Shown here in pieces: positions 49,155 to 60,969 of a stretch of DNA of 64,000 nt. The translations under genes were made by a program, and so were the position numbers. Under the pieces are notes generated by a model. The model was not told where the DNA came from. It saw nothing but the letters and a program-made list of their open reading frames with translations, and did no database searches. Numbering within the stretch: position 1 is the first letter of the stretch; the number at the start of each line of letters is the position of its first letter. This DNA comes from Mobula hypostoma (lineage: Eukaryota): assembly GCF_963921235.1 (NCBI RefSeq), contig NC_086097.1:41790001-41854000 (forward strand). Reading direction: 5' to 3'.

Positions 49155-50260
49155 TGCTCCCTGCACCAGTTTTACAGCCACACAGTCATCTGCCAAATCA
49201 TCCTATTCTTACCCTCGCTAGTATGTGGCAGAGGCAGCAGTCTACAGATTACTACTGTGGAGGTCTCTTCAGGATGTATTCTCTTTTCCTACCTATGTTG
49301 TTAGTACCGATATGCACCATGACTTCCGTTCTCACTCTCACTCTCCCCTTTAGATTACTGTGGACCTGATCCAAGACATTAATGAACCTGGTACCTGGGA
49401 GACAACATATCATCCAGGTGTCTCTTTCTTGTCTACAGAATCTGCTGTCTGCTTCTGAATATGGAATCCCCTATCATTACTGAACTTCTCTTCTACCCAC
49501 TTCCATTCTGAGCCACAGAGACAGATTCAATGCCAGAGATCAGATTGCTGTGGCTTCCCCCAGTAGGTCATCCCCTCCCAACTGTATCCAAAGTGGTATC
49601 CCTATTACTGAGGGGAACAGCCACAGGTGTACTCTGCACTAGCTGTCTATTCCCTTTATGAGCCAAAGGTCATCCAGCTGCAACTCCAGTGCCTTAACAC
49701 AGTCTCTAAGGAGCTGCTGCTTAATGCTCCTCATGCAGATGTAGTTTTCAGGGAGACTGGGGGTCTTCCAAAGTTTCTACATCTCACACAGGGAACATAC
49801 CCTTAACTCTGGACCCATTCTCAGCTCACCAACTATGCACTAACAAAAAAAACTTACTAAAAACTTACTTACAACCTCTGCCTGTTCTTGCCCAACCCTG
49901 TTGAGCCAAAGCCTGACAACTCTAACACTGTTCACTCACACAATAGCCACTCTGCTTATATACACCTCGTTTTTTTTTGACTGTCTCCTGCCAAGTGCCT
50001 AATAGATTATTATGATTGCATCCACCAAAAAGTCCAGAAAGCACCCAAGTTCTTTTTAAATCTCACACTGTCATCAACAAATGTTCCCTTGCACTGAATT
50101 CAGCCCGCTGAAAAGTCCCAAAAGCACCTGGGCTCTTTTAAAACCTTGCCCTGCGTCACTAACAAGCAACCTCTCCCACTGATTGCAGCCCGACAATAAG
50201 TCCTGAGAGCACCAAAGCTCTTTTCAAATCTTGCACTGTGCTGATGGCAGCCTGCCCACT
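49155..50260 (-). mobile_element. CR1 5' part (5'UTR plus decayed esterase ORF1)
   Basis: Minus-strand remnants 'VMIGDS', 'MICCLPG' and 'EVMVHIG'. Confidence 0.75.
50014..50260. repeat. About 82-85-bp imperfect tandem monomers (three copies)
   Basis: Units start at 50014, 50096 and 50181 and share 'aagtcc..aaagcacc...ctcttttaaaYct'. Confidence 0.75.
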
Positions 50261-50329
50261 TTAGTTAAATATTTGAAAAGGTACTTCATGCTGGGCTAGT
50301 CTGCATGATTAAATCACATGGTATACAAG

Positions 50330-52530
50330 TTAAGTTAGTAAGTTGGATCCAAGAGTGCTTTGGTCATAGAAGGTACGAGGCAGTGGTGATGAAGTGTTTC
50401 TCTTGCTAAAATTCGCTGCACAAGGATTAGTGTTGTGACCTATGTTTTCCATGATAAAAATAAGGTTTGAATGAGACGTGGTCTGATTCGTAAATTTGCA
50501 GAAGACACAAAGATTGGTGAATATGCGGACAGTGTGAAAGATTGTCAAATGGCACAGCAGGATGTAGATCAGTTTGAAATTTGGTAGAGAAGAGGCAGAT
50601 GGAATTAAATCTGGACAGTTATGAAATGGTCCATTTTGGGAGGTCACTTGCAAGAGGAAAATATATAGTAAATGGCAAGAGTCTTAAGGGCATTGATGGA
50701 CAAAGGGGTCTTGAGGCACAGTTCCATTGCTCTCAATGAAAGTGGATAGGATGGTAAGGAAAACATACAGCATGCTTGTCTTCATTGGTTGGGATGTTGA
50801 GTATAAAAGTTGGGAAGTCTTGTACGAAACTTTAGATGACCACATTAGGAGTATTGTGCGTAGGTCTGGTCACAGCACTATCGAAAGAAGTTGTTCTCCA
50901 GAATGTTGCCTAGTTAGTATTAGCTATGCGGAGAGATTGGTCAAACCTGGATTGCTCTGTCTAGAACAATAGCGGCTGAGTGGTGACCTGATGGGAAGTA
51001 TATAGAGTTGTGAGAGGCAGAGTCTTTTTCTCAAGGTGGAAATGTCAAATATGAGGGGACATATCCTGAAAGAGCAAAAGGTTCTAAGGTTCAAAGGTTC
51101 ATTTTACTGTCAAAGTATGCATGTACAATATAACTCTGATAACTGTCTACTCCAGATAGCCATTAAATACATGGGTGTAGTTGAAAGAAAAGACATCAAC
51201 TCACCCTCAACCTGCATGAAAAGGAAAAGAAACAAAAACTCACAGGCCCCAAAATCCAACCCCCCCCCCGCCTGCAGCAAAAACAGGCACAAAAACAATC
51301 AACAATCTTCTACAAAAACATCCCTAACTCTTTCACTGGCAGAAAAGAACACTGATTTTATCAAACATTGAAATTATGTTGTGTAGAAAATGCCCTAGTT
51401 GAGTTGGAAATATTAATTACCATCTGTTCTCTTAAAAAAAAGAAAAGAACAGCAGCAGTAGCACCAAATCCCCCAACACCCTTCCCCCCCCACACACACA
51501 AAAAAACTCGCCAGTCAACCACAAGAGAGAAAACACAGAAAAACTGAAGGACACCAAAATACAGTCCAATAGTCAGATAAATCTTAGAAACCACATCGTA
51601 AAGAGTGACTGCTGACCTGGGCCCCAGCGCCGCCCACCCAGGGCCAAACCACGCCAAACTGGATCAGAATGCTGACTCGGGGCCAAACGCACCAATCCGG
51701 CTGCCGACTGTCTCGTGCCAAGTCATCGCTGACCCCCTTGGCATTCACCTCAATCTTCCTCACTGCCTCAAGTTATTCATAATCCCTCACTGGTCTCTGG
51801 TCTTTTCCACAAAAGCAGCTAACAAATGCTTGGTGATGAGGCAGTGGTAATGGACTTAACGTGTGAATTTTTAGTCATTCCATGCTGAATTTTTGGACTA
51901 AACTAAATGTAACATGGAAGATAGAACAGTACAGTGCTGGAGAACAGTACAGAACAGTGCACAAATCAGCTTGTGTTCTCAGGCCTTTTTGTGGAGCAGA
52001 CTCAATGAGCCAAATGGCCTAATTATGCTCCTAAACCTTATATCTTATGGCTTTTTCGGCTCCATGTCTCTGATCTCCACGAGACAGCTCTCCTGACACA
52101 GCACAGCGCTGGATCCTTTGATGGAGATTGAAACTGGACGTCACCGGCTTCCAACAATTTCCTTAACACAAGCAAGACAAAAAGAACAAGCAGAAGGCGT
52201 AGAAAAAGTGAAATAATTGGAAAAGGTCATCTATGGAAGATGTCGCCCGAAGAATCGTTCGCTGGCGCCATCTTGACCGGAAGAGGGAAGTTTAAGGGAG
52301 ATTATTGAGGCAAGCATTTTACACAGAAAGAGTTAGGTACCTGGAATGTGCTGCCAGGAGAGCTGGCAGAAGCAAATACAATTGTGACAATTGAAAGGCA
52401 TTTAAACATACATATGAACAGGCTTAGAATAGAGGGAATGGATCACATGAGTTAAATTGGCATTGTGGTTAGCACAGGTGTGGCAGGCTGGAAGGAATTG
52501 TTCCTGCACTGTCCTGTTCTATCTTCCATG
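50330..52530 (+). mobile_element. Old CR1 RT/3' fragment interrupted by 51087-52283
   Basis: Decayed KFAEDTKIG near 50495 and the RT C-terminus. The CR1 sequence resumes at 52284. Confidence 0.75.
51087..52283 (-). mobile_element. ORF-less non-autonomous retroelement
   Basis: The 5' end is CTTCCGGTCAAGATGGCG and the 3' end is 'tactttgacagtaaaatgaacctttgaacc'. It is nested in a CR1. Confidence 0.65.
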
Positions 52531-52899
52531 TTACATTTAGTTTAGTCCAAAAATTCAGCATGGAATGACTAAAAATTCACACGTTAAGTCCATTACCACT
52601 GCCTCATCACCAAGCATTTGTCAGCACAGTACACTGCCTCTTTAATAGACGTTGTAGTGCATTTCACAAAAGGAATGAGAAAATAGTTTTCTTTTTAGAT
52701 CCTGCAATACTGGATAAGAATTTCCACCTTGTTGATTTCTTCCTATCTCACTATCTATGCTTTCTCTGTGTAATCATCTAACTTAATTGACTGATCTCTC
52801 TTAAAAATATGCAATGGATTGAATTCCTAGTCTATTTGATATATGTCATTGTGACTCAGAAGAAAGTTTTCAGTCTATCAGCTCTATGCTGAATTTCAA

Positions 52900-53165
52900 C
52901 AATCCTGTACCTCACTTATTTCCCTGCAACCTGTTTTCTCTCACACCCCCTGCAAACTCCCAACAACCACTTCCCCTACCATCCAACGACACCGGAGGTA
53001 GTTTGCAATCACCAGTTCATCTAAATACCAGCTCGTCTTTGGCATCCAGGAGGAGATGGGATGACACCAGAGAGAAATCCATGCACTCACATAAAGAGTG
53101 TGCGAACTCCACAAAGAAAGTATTGGAGGTCTGGAGCTGTGAAATGTCAACACTGCATGTACCAA
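52900..53165 (-). mobile_element. Degraded V-SINE (HE1-like) fragment
   Basis: The minus strand 'tgtggagttcgcacactct...gcatggatttctctctggtg...ctcctcc...ccaaagac' resembles the V-SINE core. Confidence 0.55.
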
Positions 53166-54364
53166 CTTGTCTCTTCTAAGTCCAAAATATGCTAATATAC
53201 AATGAAGTTATAAAAAACATCTTAAAGATTTTAGGCACCATCAAAATTTGGAAGGACTTTCAGATTAAATCCAATAAAATCTTTTTTATAATCCACTGAA
53301 TCTAGGACATACACTATCCAAGGGCATTTACTTTTGCAGAATGTTTCGTCCTTAAGCACTTCCATAGTCATTTGTCATGCAATGCATTTTAAAATCATCT
53401 CCTTTGCTTGAAGTAAATGTAAATCACCTTGCATTAGTCCTTCAAATTGTTACCTTTTATAGAAATGCGTCAGTATGGATATTGAAAAATGAACTTTATC
53501 GTCAATACGTTTTTACCTTTGGGATCAGAATATACACCCACGGACCTTCACTGGTGCATACTCTTGTAAAATTCAGACAATTCCAATGCTGATAACAAAT
53601 GAAAAATTTTATGACCAGGATATTACAGAAATGAATCAAGCAGAATTTTTATAAATAGTTAATGCCCCATAATTTGTAATAAAAAGAAACACTGAGGCTA
53701 AAGAGGGAATCAGGCTGTGGTACAGAGTGGTTACACATGGGCAGTTAATGGCTCAAAGCAGAAAGTTTCAGTCTGAATAGCTGTGCTACTTCTGAAAATT
53801 TGCATGAATAAAATCTCAGTTAGGACAGATTCCTTACAGTTCAAGTTATTTTTACTGATGTGATATGTCTCTGGATCTGAATATTAACCTTTACTAGTCT
53901 CAGGTTACATTCCCACAGCTTTAATTACAGAACTAAACCTCTTGTTTCAAACATTCCATGTCCATGTGACCTTCGCAAATCCCTCAACCTTCTGAATTGG
54001 CAAGAATTGATGATGTTGACATGTTTCAAACCAAATTTTTGGTCTTCTACTGTACATTTTCTTCAGTCTGTCTCTATGGAAACTAGATAAACAGCCTGTC
54101 TACATAACACAAGAAGGAGAAGCAGGAGACAGCTTTATGACCCACCGAGCCTGGTCAGCATTCAATAAGAGCATGGCTGATCTAGCAGTAGACTCAGCTC
54201 CACATACCTGCCTTTATCCTATAACTCTTAATTCCCCTGCTATGCAAAAAATCTATCTATTTGTGTCTTAGATGTATTTATTAAGGTAGCTTTTAATGTT
54301 TTCTGGGACAGAGAATTCCACAGATGTACTACTCTCTGGGAAAAGAAGTTTCTCCTTATCTCCT

Positions 54365-55060
54365 TAGCTCAGCCCCAATCTGCTAATTAAATTTGTTGAT
54401 GATACTACGTTAATTGGCCTTATCTCAAATAATAACAAGGCAGCCTACAGAGAAGAAGTCATCACCCTGACACAGTGGTGTCACAAATCCATTCCCTCAA
54501 TGTCGCAAAAACAAAGGAGCTGGTTGTGGACTACAGGAGGAATGGAGACAGGCTAACCCCTATTGACATCAATGGATCTGTGGCTGAGTGGGTGAATAGC
54601 TTTAAGTTCCTTGGCAGACACATCCCCAAGGATCTCATGTGGTCTGTACGTAACTGCTGTTTGGTGAAAAAAGCACACTTTTCTCTTTCACCTCAGATGG
54701 TTGAAGAAGTTTGGTATGGGTCCCCAAATCCTAAGAACTTTCTACATGGGCACAATTGAGAGCATCCTGATTGGCTGCCACACTGCCTGGTATGGGAACT
54801 GTACTCCCCTCCATTGCAGGACTCTGCAGAGAGTGGTGCGGACAGCCCAACGCATCTGAAGTTGTAAACTTCCCACTATTCAGGATATTTACAGAGACAG
54901 GTGTGTAAAAAGGGCCCAAAGGATTATTGGGGACCCGCGTCACCCCAGCAACAAACTGTTCCAGCTGCTACCATCTGGGAAAAAGTACCGAAGCATAAAA
55001 GCCAGGACCAACAGGCTCCGGGACAGCTTCTTCCACCAGGCCATCAAACTGATTAATTTA
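54365..55060 (+). mobile_element. Rex1/Babar-like LINE 3' part
   Basis: KFVDDTT, 'LNVAKTKELVVDYRR', and a C-terminus matching 9925-10290. Confidence 0.85.
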
Positions 55061-55494
55061 ACATCCCTGTTCTTAAATTCAATCCCTCTAGCAATAAAGC
55101 CAGCATTCCATTTGCCTTCTTGATAACCTGTTGCACATGCAAATTAACCTTTCATGATTCATGCATAAGCAACTTCCAAGTCCCTCTGCACAACAGCATG
55201 CTGCAATCTTTCACCATTTAAACAATAACAATCTGCTCTTTTATTTGTCCTTCCAGAGTTGATGACTTCACATTTACCAACATAGTCCATCTGCTAGACC
55301 CTTGCCCACTCACTCACTTAACCTAACTCTATCTCTCTGCAGACTCTCCACATTCTTTGCTTAATTAGCTTTTCCATGCAATTTAGTGTCATTAGCAAAC
55401 TTAGATAGAATACACTCTGTCTACTGTCCCAAGTCATTAATGTAGATCATGAACAGCTACAGGCACATCATCATCCCTATGGCGATAACAGCAA

Positions 55495-56146
55495 CTTCTG
55501 GTAAGATGGTGGCTGCTTACAAAACTGCTTCGGTTGACATCTGGATAGGTCATGAAATCATGTATTTCATTTATTTTATGTCTTTTACATTTGTTTTTCA
55601 TCTTCAATGTGAGATTGGAACTATTGGAGCCTGTGATTTGCAGTTTGAAGATCGTTTGGGTATTTTAGCGCTCTGCAGTCTCTGAAAGGATTCTGGGAGA
55701 CAGAGGCAGTGTGAGGGAGCCTCGCGGCAGAAAGGTTGCAAGCCGATGTTCGACTCCATTTTGCTGATTAAAGTGACGAGGGAGTCTGAAACTCTGTCTC
55801 CGTGCCTTTTTATCGCTGGGGAGATCGCTCTGCTACGGAGAGGGAGAATGTCGCCCAGGTTTTCTGCACTTTCGATGTGGACTTGGACTGTTTTCAGTCT
55901 TACAGGTTTTTTTTGTATTCTGTACTTTTAACGTGATCTTTCTTGTTTTCTTGTGTTCAGGGGAGGGGGATTTTGGGATTGAGGTGCCTTTTCCGTTTTT
56001 GCTCAGTTTCTTTTATGCGGAGCGGAAGGATTTGGTGGTTGATGCTCCCGCTGCCGTTCTTTTCTTTCCTGATTTCATGGCTACCTGGAGAAGAAGAACT
56101 TAAGAGTCGTATACTTTGATAATAAATTAACCTTTGGAGCTTTGAA
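55495..56146 (+). mobile_element. ORF-less non-autonomous retroelement
   Basis: Starts CTTCTGGTAAGATGGTGGC and ends 'tactttgataataaattaacctttggagctttgaa'. The ends match those of 51087-52283. Confidence 0.6.
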
Positions 56147-56327
56147 TCTGCTCACCACTGGCCACCAACCAGAGAAACAGCAATTATTCAACTCTCTGCC
56201 TTCTGTTGGTTAACCAATCCACTATCCATGGTAATAATTATCCTCAATTCAATGCATCCTTATCTTATAGATACAGTAAGACTTTTAGGTGGCACAATGG
56301 AATGCCTTCTGGAAATCCAAGTTTACA

Positions 56328-56824
56328 GAATCAGAATCAGGTTTATTATCGCCGGCATGTGACGTGAAATTTGTTAACTTAGCAGCAGCAGTTCAATGCA
56401 ATACATAATCTATCAGAGAGAGAGAGAAAATAATAATAAGTAAAATAAAACATAATAAATAAACAAGTAAATCAATTCCATATATTGAATAGGTTATTAA
56501 AAATGTGCAAAAGCAGAAATACTGCATATTAAAAAAGTGAGGTATTGTCCAAAGCTTCAAAGTCCACTTAGGAATTGGATGGCAGAGGGAAAGAAGCTGT
56601 TCCTGAATCGCTGAGTGTGTGCCTTCAGGCTTCTGTAACTCCTACCTGATGGTAACAGTGAGAAAAGTGCATGCCCTGGGTGCTGGAGGTCTTTAATAAT
56701 GGACGCTGCCTTTCTGAGACACCGTTTCCTAAAGGTATCCTAGATACTTTGTAGGCTAGTACCCAAGATGGAGTTGACTCGATTTACAACCTTCTGCAGC
56801 TTCTTTCGGTCCTGTGCAGTAGCC
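56328..56824 (-). mobile_element. Rex1/Babar-like LINE 3' end with (CTGATT)n tail
   Basis: 'ATAQDRKKLQKVV'; the tail appears as 'gaatcagaatcagg' on the plus strand. Confidence 0.85.
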
Positions 56825-57959
56825 ACATCCACCTGCTGTGTTCTCTCCACTGTCCTTATTATTTTCATTAAGAACTCCAGTAAATTTCTCCAACAGGACC
56901 TGCCCTTCATGAATCCATGCTGTGTTTGCCTGATGGAACCACTTCTATCCAGGTGACTCAGTATTTCTTTCCTGATGATAGTTCCAAGCATTTTTCCGAT
57001 CACATACATTAAGCTAATCGGCCTGTAGTTGCTCTCCTTTTGCTAAGATCCTGCATCCTTTTTTATACAGTGGCATGATATTCACTGTCTTCCAATCCAT
57101 TGGGGCCTACCCAGAGTCCAGAGAATTTTGGGAAATTATCACAAAAGCATCTACTATAACTTCAGCTATTTTATTCAGTACCCGGGGGGTGTCACATTGG
57201 GACCAGGGGACTTGTCTCCTTTAATGTCCACTATTTTGTTCATCATTTCCTCTTTCATGACAGCAATTATATCAAGGTCCTCACCTCCCATTGATTCCAT
57301 AACATCTCCCTTGGGCATGTCAACTGTGTCCTCCACCATGAAGATCAACACAAAATAGTTGCTCAAGGCTTTGGCCATTTCCACATTACCCAATATTAAC
57401 ATTGAAGGCCAATGACATTCATCAAAATTGAGAAAAGTTAATAATCAAAAATGCTGTAAGTTTCATAGATGTGGAGAGGTGGAGAGAATGAAGGCGATGA
57501 CTGTAATGGGGTGGAAACCCAAAGAGACATTTGAACATACAGCCTAGGAGCAGGAGCAGGCAACTCTGCCACTTCCTAACATGGTTGATCAAGATCAATC
57601 TTAAGTCCACATTCCTGTCTATCCTTCTTAACCTTTCATCCTTATACTCTATCTTATCTAACACCATCTCAAAAATATTAAAAAAGCTCTCTTTCCACTG
57701 CTCTTTAGAAAGAGGATCCTGGTTCTCAATCTGCTCCAATCTTGCCCGTAAAAACTCCTTAAGATCTTGTATATTTCAATCAATTCCCTGTTAATAAATT
57801 CCAGTTAATTAAAAAGAAGTTTGTCCAAACTTTCCTGATGACATAAACCCCACTCCACCCCCCATTCCAGGTATTACGTTTTCATATTTCTCTCTTCCAC
57901 TTGCTTTAAAGTCAATGCTGATTCTCAAGCAATCCCAGTCCCCCATCTCTGGCCCTCTT

Positions 57960-60100
57960 GCTCACATTGTCAATCAAACCCCTCCCCATACTCCTATCAC
58001 CAACCAGTTTACAATCCTCAGTCCTATGTCCCTAGTGAGTTCCGCACCCGCCATGATGGTGAGTTCTTCTTCCGTTGCCTTCATCTCCATCCCTGCTTCA
58101 TTGGCAGCCCACTCTGATGATCCCTTCTTCCAGATTCAACCCTCCTCCTCTTCCCGGACAGCTTGCTCTGGTCATCTGCCTTTTCTGGATCTTTTTATCA
58201 ATAATTGCCCACAAGACATCAATCACCTCAGCTGTAAAACTGCTCTCTCCAATTCTAACCTCACTCCCTCTGAATGCACTGCTCTCCACACTAATCCCAA
58301 CTTCTCCATCAAACTGGCAGATAAGGTGGGGGGAGGGTGCTGTAGTAGCCTGGCTAACTGACTGCTACCTTGCTGAGGCCCAGCAACAATTCTCAGACAC
58401 CTCCTCTTACTTACCCCTTGAAAAGGACCCCACTAATGAGCACCAGGCCATTGTCTTCTGCACCATCATCGACCTGAATGACCCTGGGGTCTTCCATTCA
58501 TTGCATCTTAGTTGCATTTTTTCCAGCATCCCGTACCTGTTTCTACCTCCTACCCAAGATCTATAAAACCACCTGTTCAGGTCGCCCCATTGTTTCTGCT
58601 TGTTCCTGCCGCACTGAACTTGTGTCTGTATACCTCATCTCTGTTTTATTCCTCCCCACCCCCCCCCCGCCCTGTTTCAATCCTTTACTACCTACATCCA
58701 TGACAGTTCACACGCTCTTGATATTTTCTTGGCCCTGATTGTCTCATTTTCACTATGGACACCCAGTCCCTATACACCTCCATCCCCCATCAGGAAGACT
58801 TTAAAACTCTCACTTCTTTCTAGACAACAGACCCAACCAATTCCCCTCCACCACCACTCTCCTCCATCTGGTGGAACTGGTCCTCACTCTCAATACTTCC
58901 TCTTCGGCTCCTCCCACTTCCTTCAAAGCAAAGGTGTAGCCATGGATACTTGCGTGGATCCCAGTTATGCCTGCATTTTTTTCGGCTACGTGAAGCAGTC
59001 CATGTTCCAAGCCTACAGCAGCATGTCCTCAACTCTTCCTACACTAGATTGATAACTGCATTGGTAATGCTTCCTGCACCTATGCTGAGCTCATCGACTT
59101 CATCAATTTTGCCCCCAGCTTCAACACTGACCTCAAATTTACTTGATCCATTTCCAATACCTCCTTCCCCTTTCTTGATCTATCTGTCACTGTCTCTGTA
59201 AACAGTCTATCTACTGATATTTTTTATAACCCCACTGACTTTCACAACTTCTGGATTATACCTCTTCTCATCCTGTTACCTGATAAATCTCATCCCTTTC
59301 TCTCAGTCCCCCCTTCTCCACTGCATCTTCTCTCAGAATGAGGCTTTTCATTCCAGAATAACTGAGACATCCTCCTTCTTCAAAGAAAGCAGTTTCCCTT
59401 CCTTCACCATCATCGCTGCCATCACCCGCATCTCTTCATTTTTAACGCACATCTGCCCTCGACCCATTCTCCGGCCGCCTCACCAGAGAGAGGGTTCTTC
59501 TTGTCTTCACCTACACATCCAGCACATAATTCTCCATAACTTCTCCCATCTCCAATGGGATTCCACCACCAAACACATCTTTCCCTCCCCCCAACTACCT
59601 GCTTTCTGCAGGAATCAAACCCTACACAACTCCTTTGTCCACTTGTCACACCTTGTTGATCTCCTTCCTGGTACTTCTCCTTGCAAGCGGAACAAGTGCT
59701 ACACCTGCCCTTACAACTGCTCCCTCACTACCACTCAGGGCCCCAAACAGTCCTTCCAGGTGAGGCAACACTTCACCTGTGAGTCTGTTGGGGGTCATCT
59801 ATAGTATTCAGTGCTCCCGATGTGGCCTGTTGTATATCGATGAGACCCGAGATAGATTGGGAAACTGCTTTGCTGAGCACCTTTTCTCCATCTGTCAGAA
59901 AAAGCAGGATCTCCTGGTGGCCACCAATTTCAATTCTACTCCCCATTCCCTTTCTGACATATCAGTCCATGGCCTCCTCTTCTGCTGCAATGAGGCCACA
60001 CTCAGGTTGGAGGAGCAACATCTTATATTCTGTCTGGGTAGCCTCCAACCTGCTGGCGTGAACATCGATTTCTCAAACTTCTAGTAATCGTCCCACCCAT
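57960..60100 (+). mobile_element. Older, heavily mutated Penelope-like element (RT plus GIY-YIG), pseudo-LTR missing
   Basis: Collinear with 14450-16555: LADKVG, YLLPKIYK, GRPIVS, GVAMDT, 'VIYSIQCSRCGLLYIDET', 'EEQHLIF'. Confidence 0.9.
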
Positions 60101-60969
60101 CTGATGAACATCAGACCACATTTTATGAGTAATTAATATAGAAAAAAAGGTAAATGTAAAGGGTTCACAATTTTTTTTTGCAACTACAGGTTCTCTTGAA
60201 CATCAACATTACCCAATTACTTCAAAAGTTCTCTGCTTTTTGGAAGTGGATGACTTTTCATTTTTCCGTATTCTGATATTTTCGCCATATACTTGCCCAC
60301 ACACTCCAGTTGTCTGCTTCTCGTTGAAGCCTCTTGGCATCCACTTTTAAATCCCAAAGTGGACTCAGTTAGTGAATTGGTCGTACTCCAAAATTTGTAC
60401 TCTTTATACCCTTCTCCAATAATCCCAAGGGAAATCACTTGGATTGCATGATCACAAGTGTATTTATGAACTAATTGCTGTAAAATACTCTCAAAATATT
60501 GAGCTTTGGTGCATGAGAAGCTTTTAATGGCAAACTAATCCCTAATTATTACTTATCAAATTATCTAATGCATACACAATCCTTGTAATAGATATAGAAG
60601 GCAATTGTTTAACAGTCCTTCTATATTTAATGGCTTTTAAAAACAAAATATTTTAAAATTTTCAGCTTCTATCTAAATGATATGCATTATTGCAATCTTT
60701 AATTGGCTGCCCGAAAAATGTTTAAAACTTTAATTAAAAAATAATGGTTCACTGCATGTGGAAACTCTTTAAAAAGTCAGATGATTGGCTGGTTTAACAG
60801 CTGATGGACAATATTATCCGGTTGAACTAACATCTGATATAAGTAGGAACTGGTAAAGGCAAAGTTTAGAGTCCTCACAAAGATCAGCAGCAAACACTGT
60901 TGATAAATTGCTGCTCACACACTTTAGGCCTTCATGATTTCTTTTTTTGATTTTGGATGGTCTAAAAGA

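Larger units (their letters stand above)
54100..57400 (-). mobile_element. CR1 LINE fragmented by three nested insertions
   Basis: Collinear CR1 pieces at 54100-54365, 55060-55460, 56147-56327 and 56825-57400 (QHGF, DKSPGP). Confidence 0.75.
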
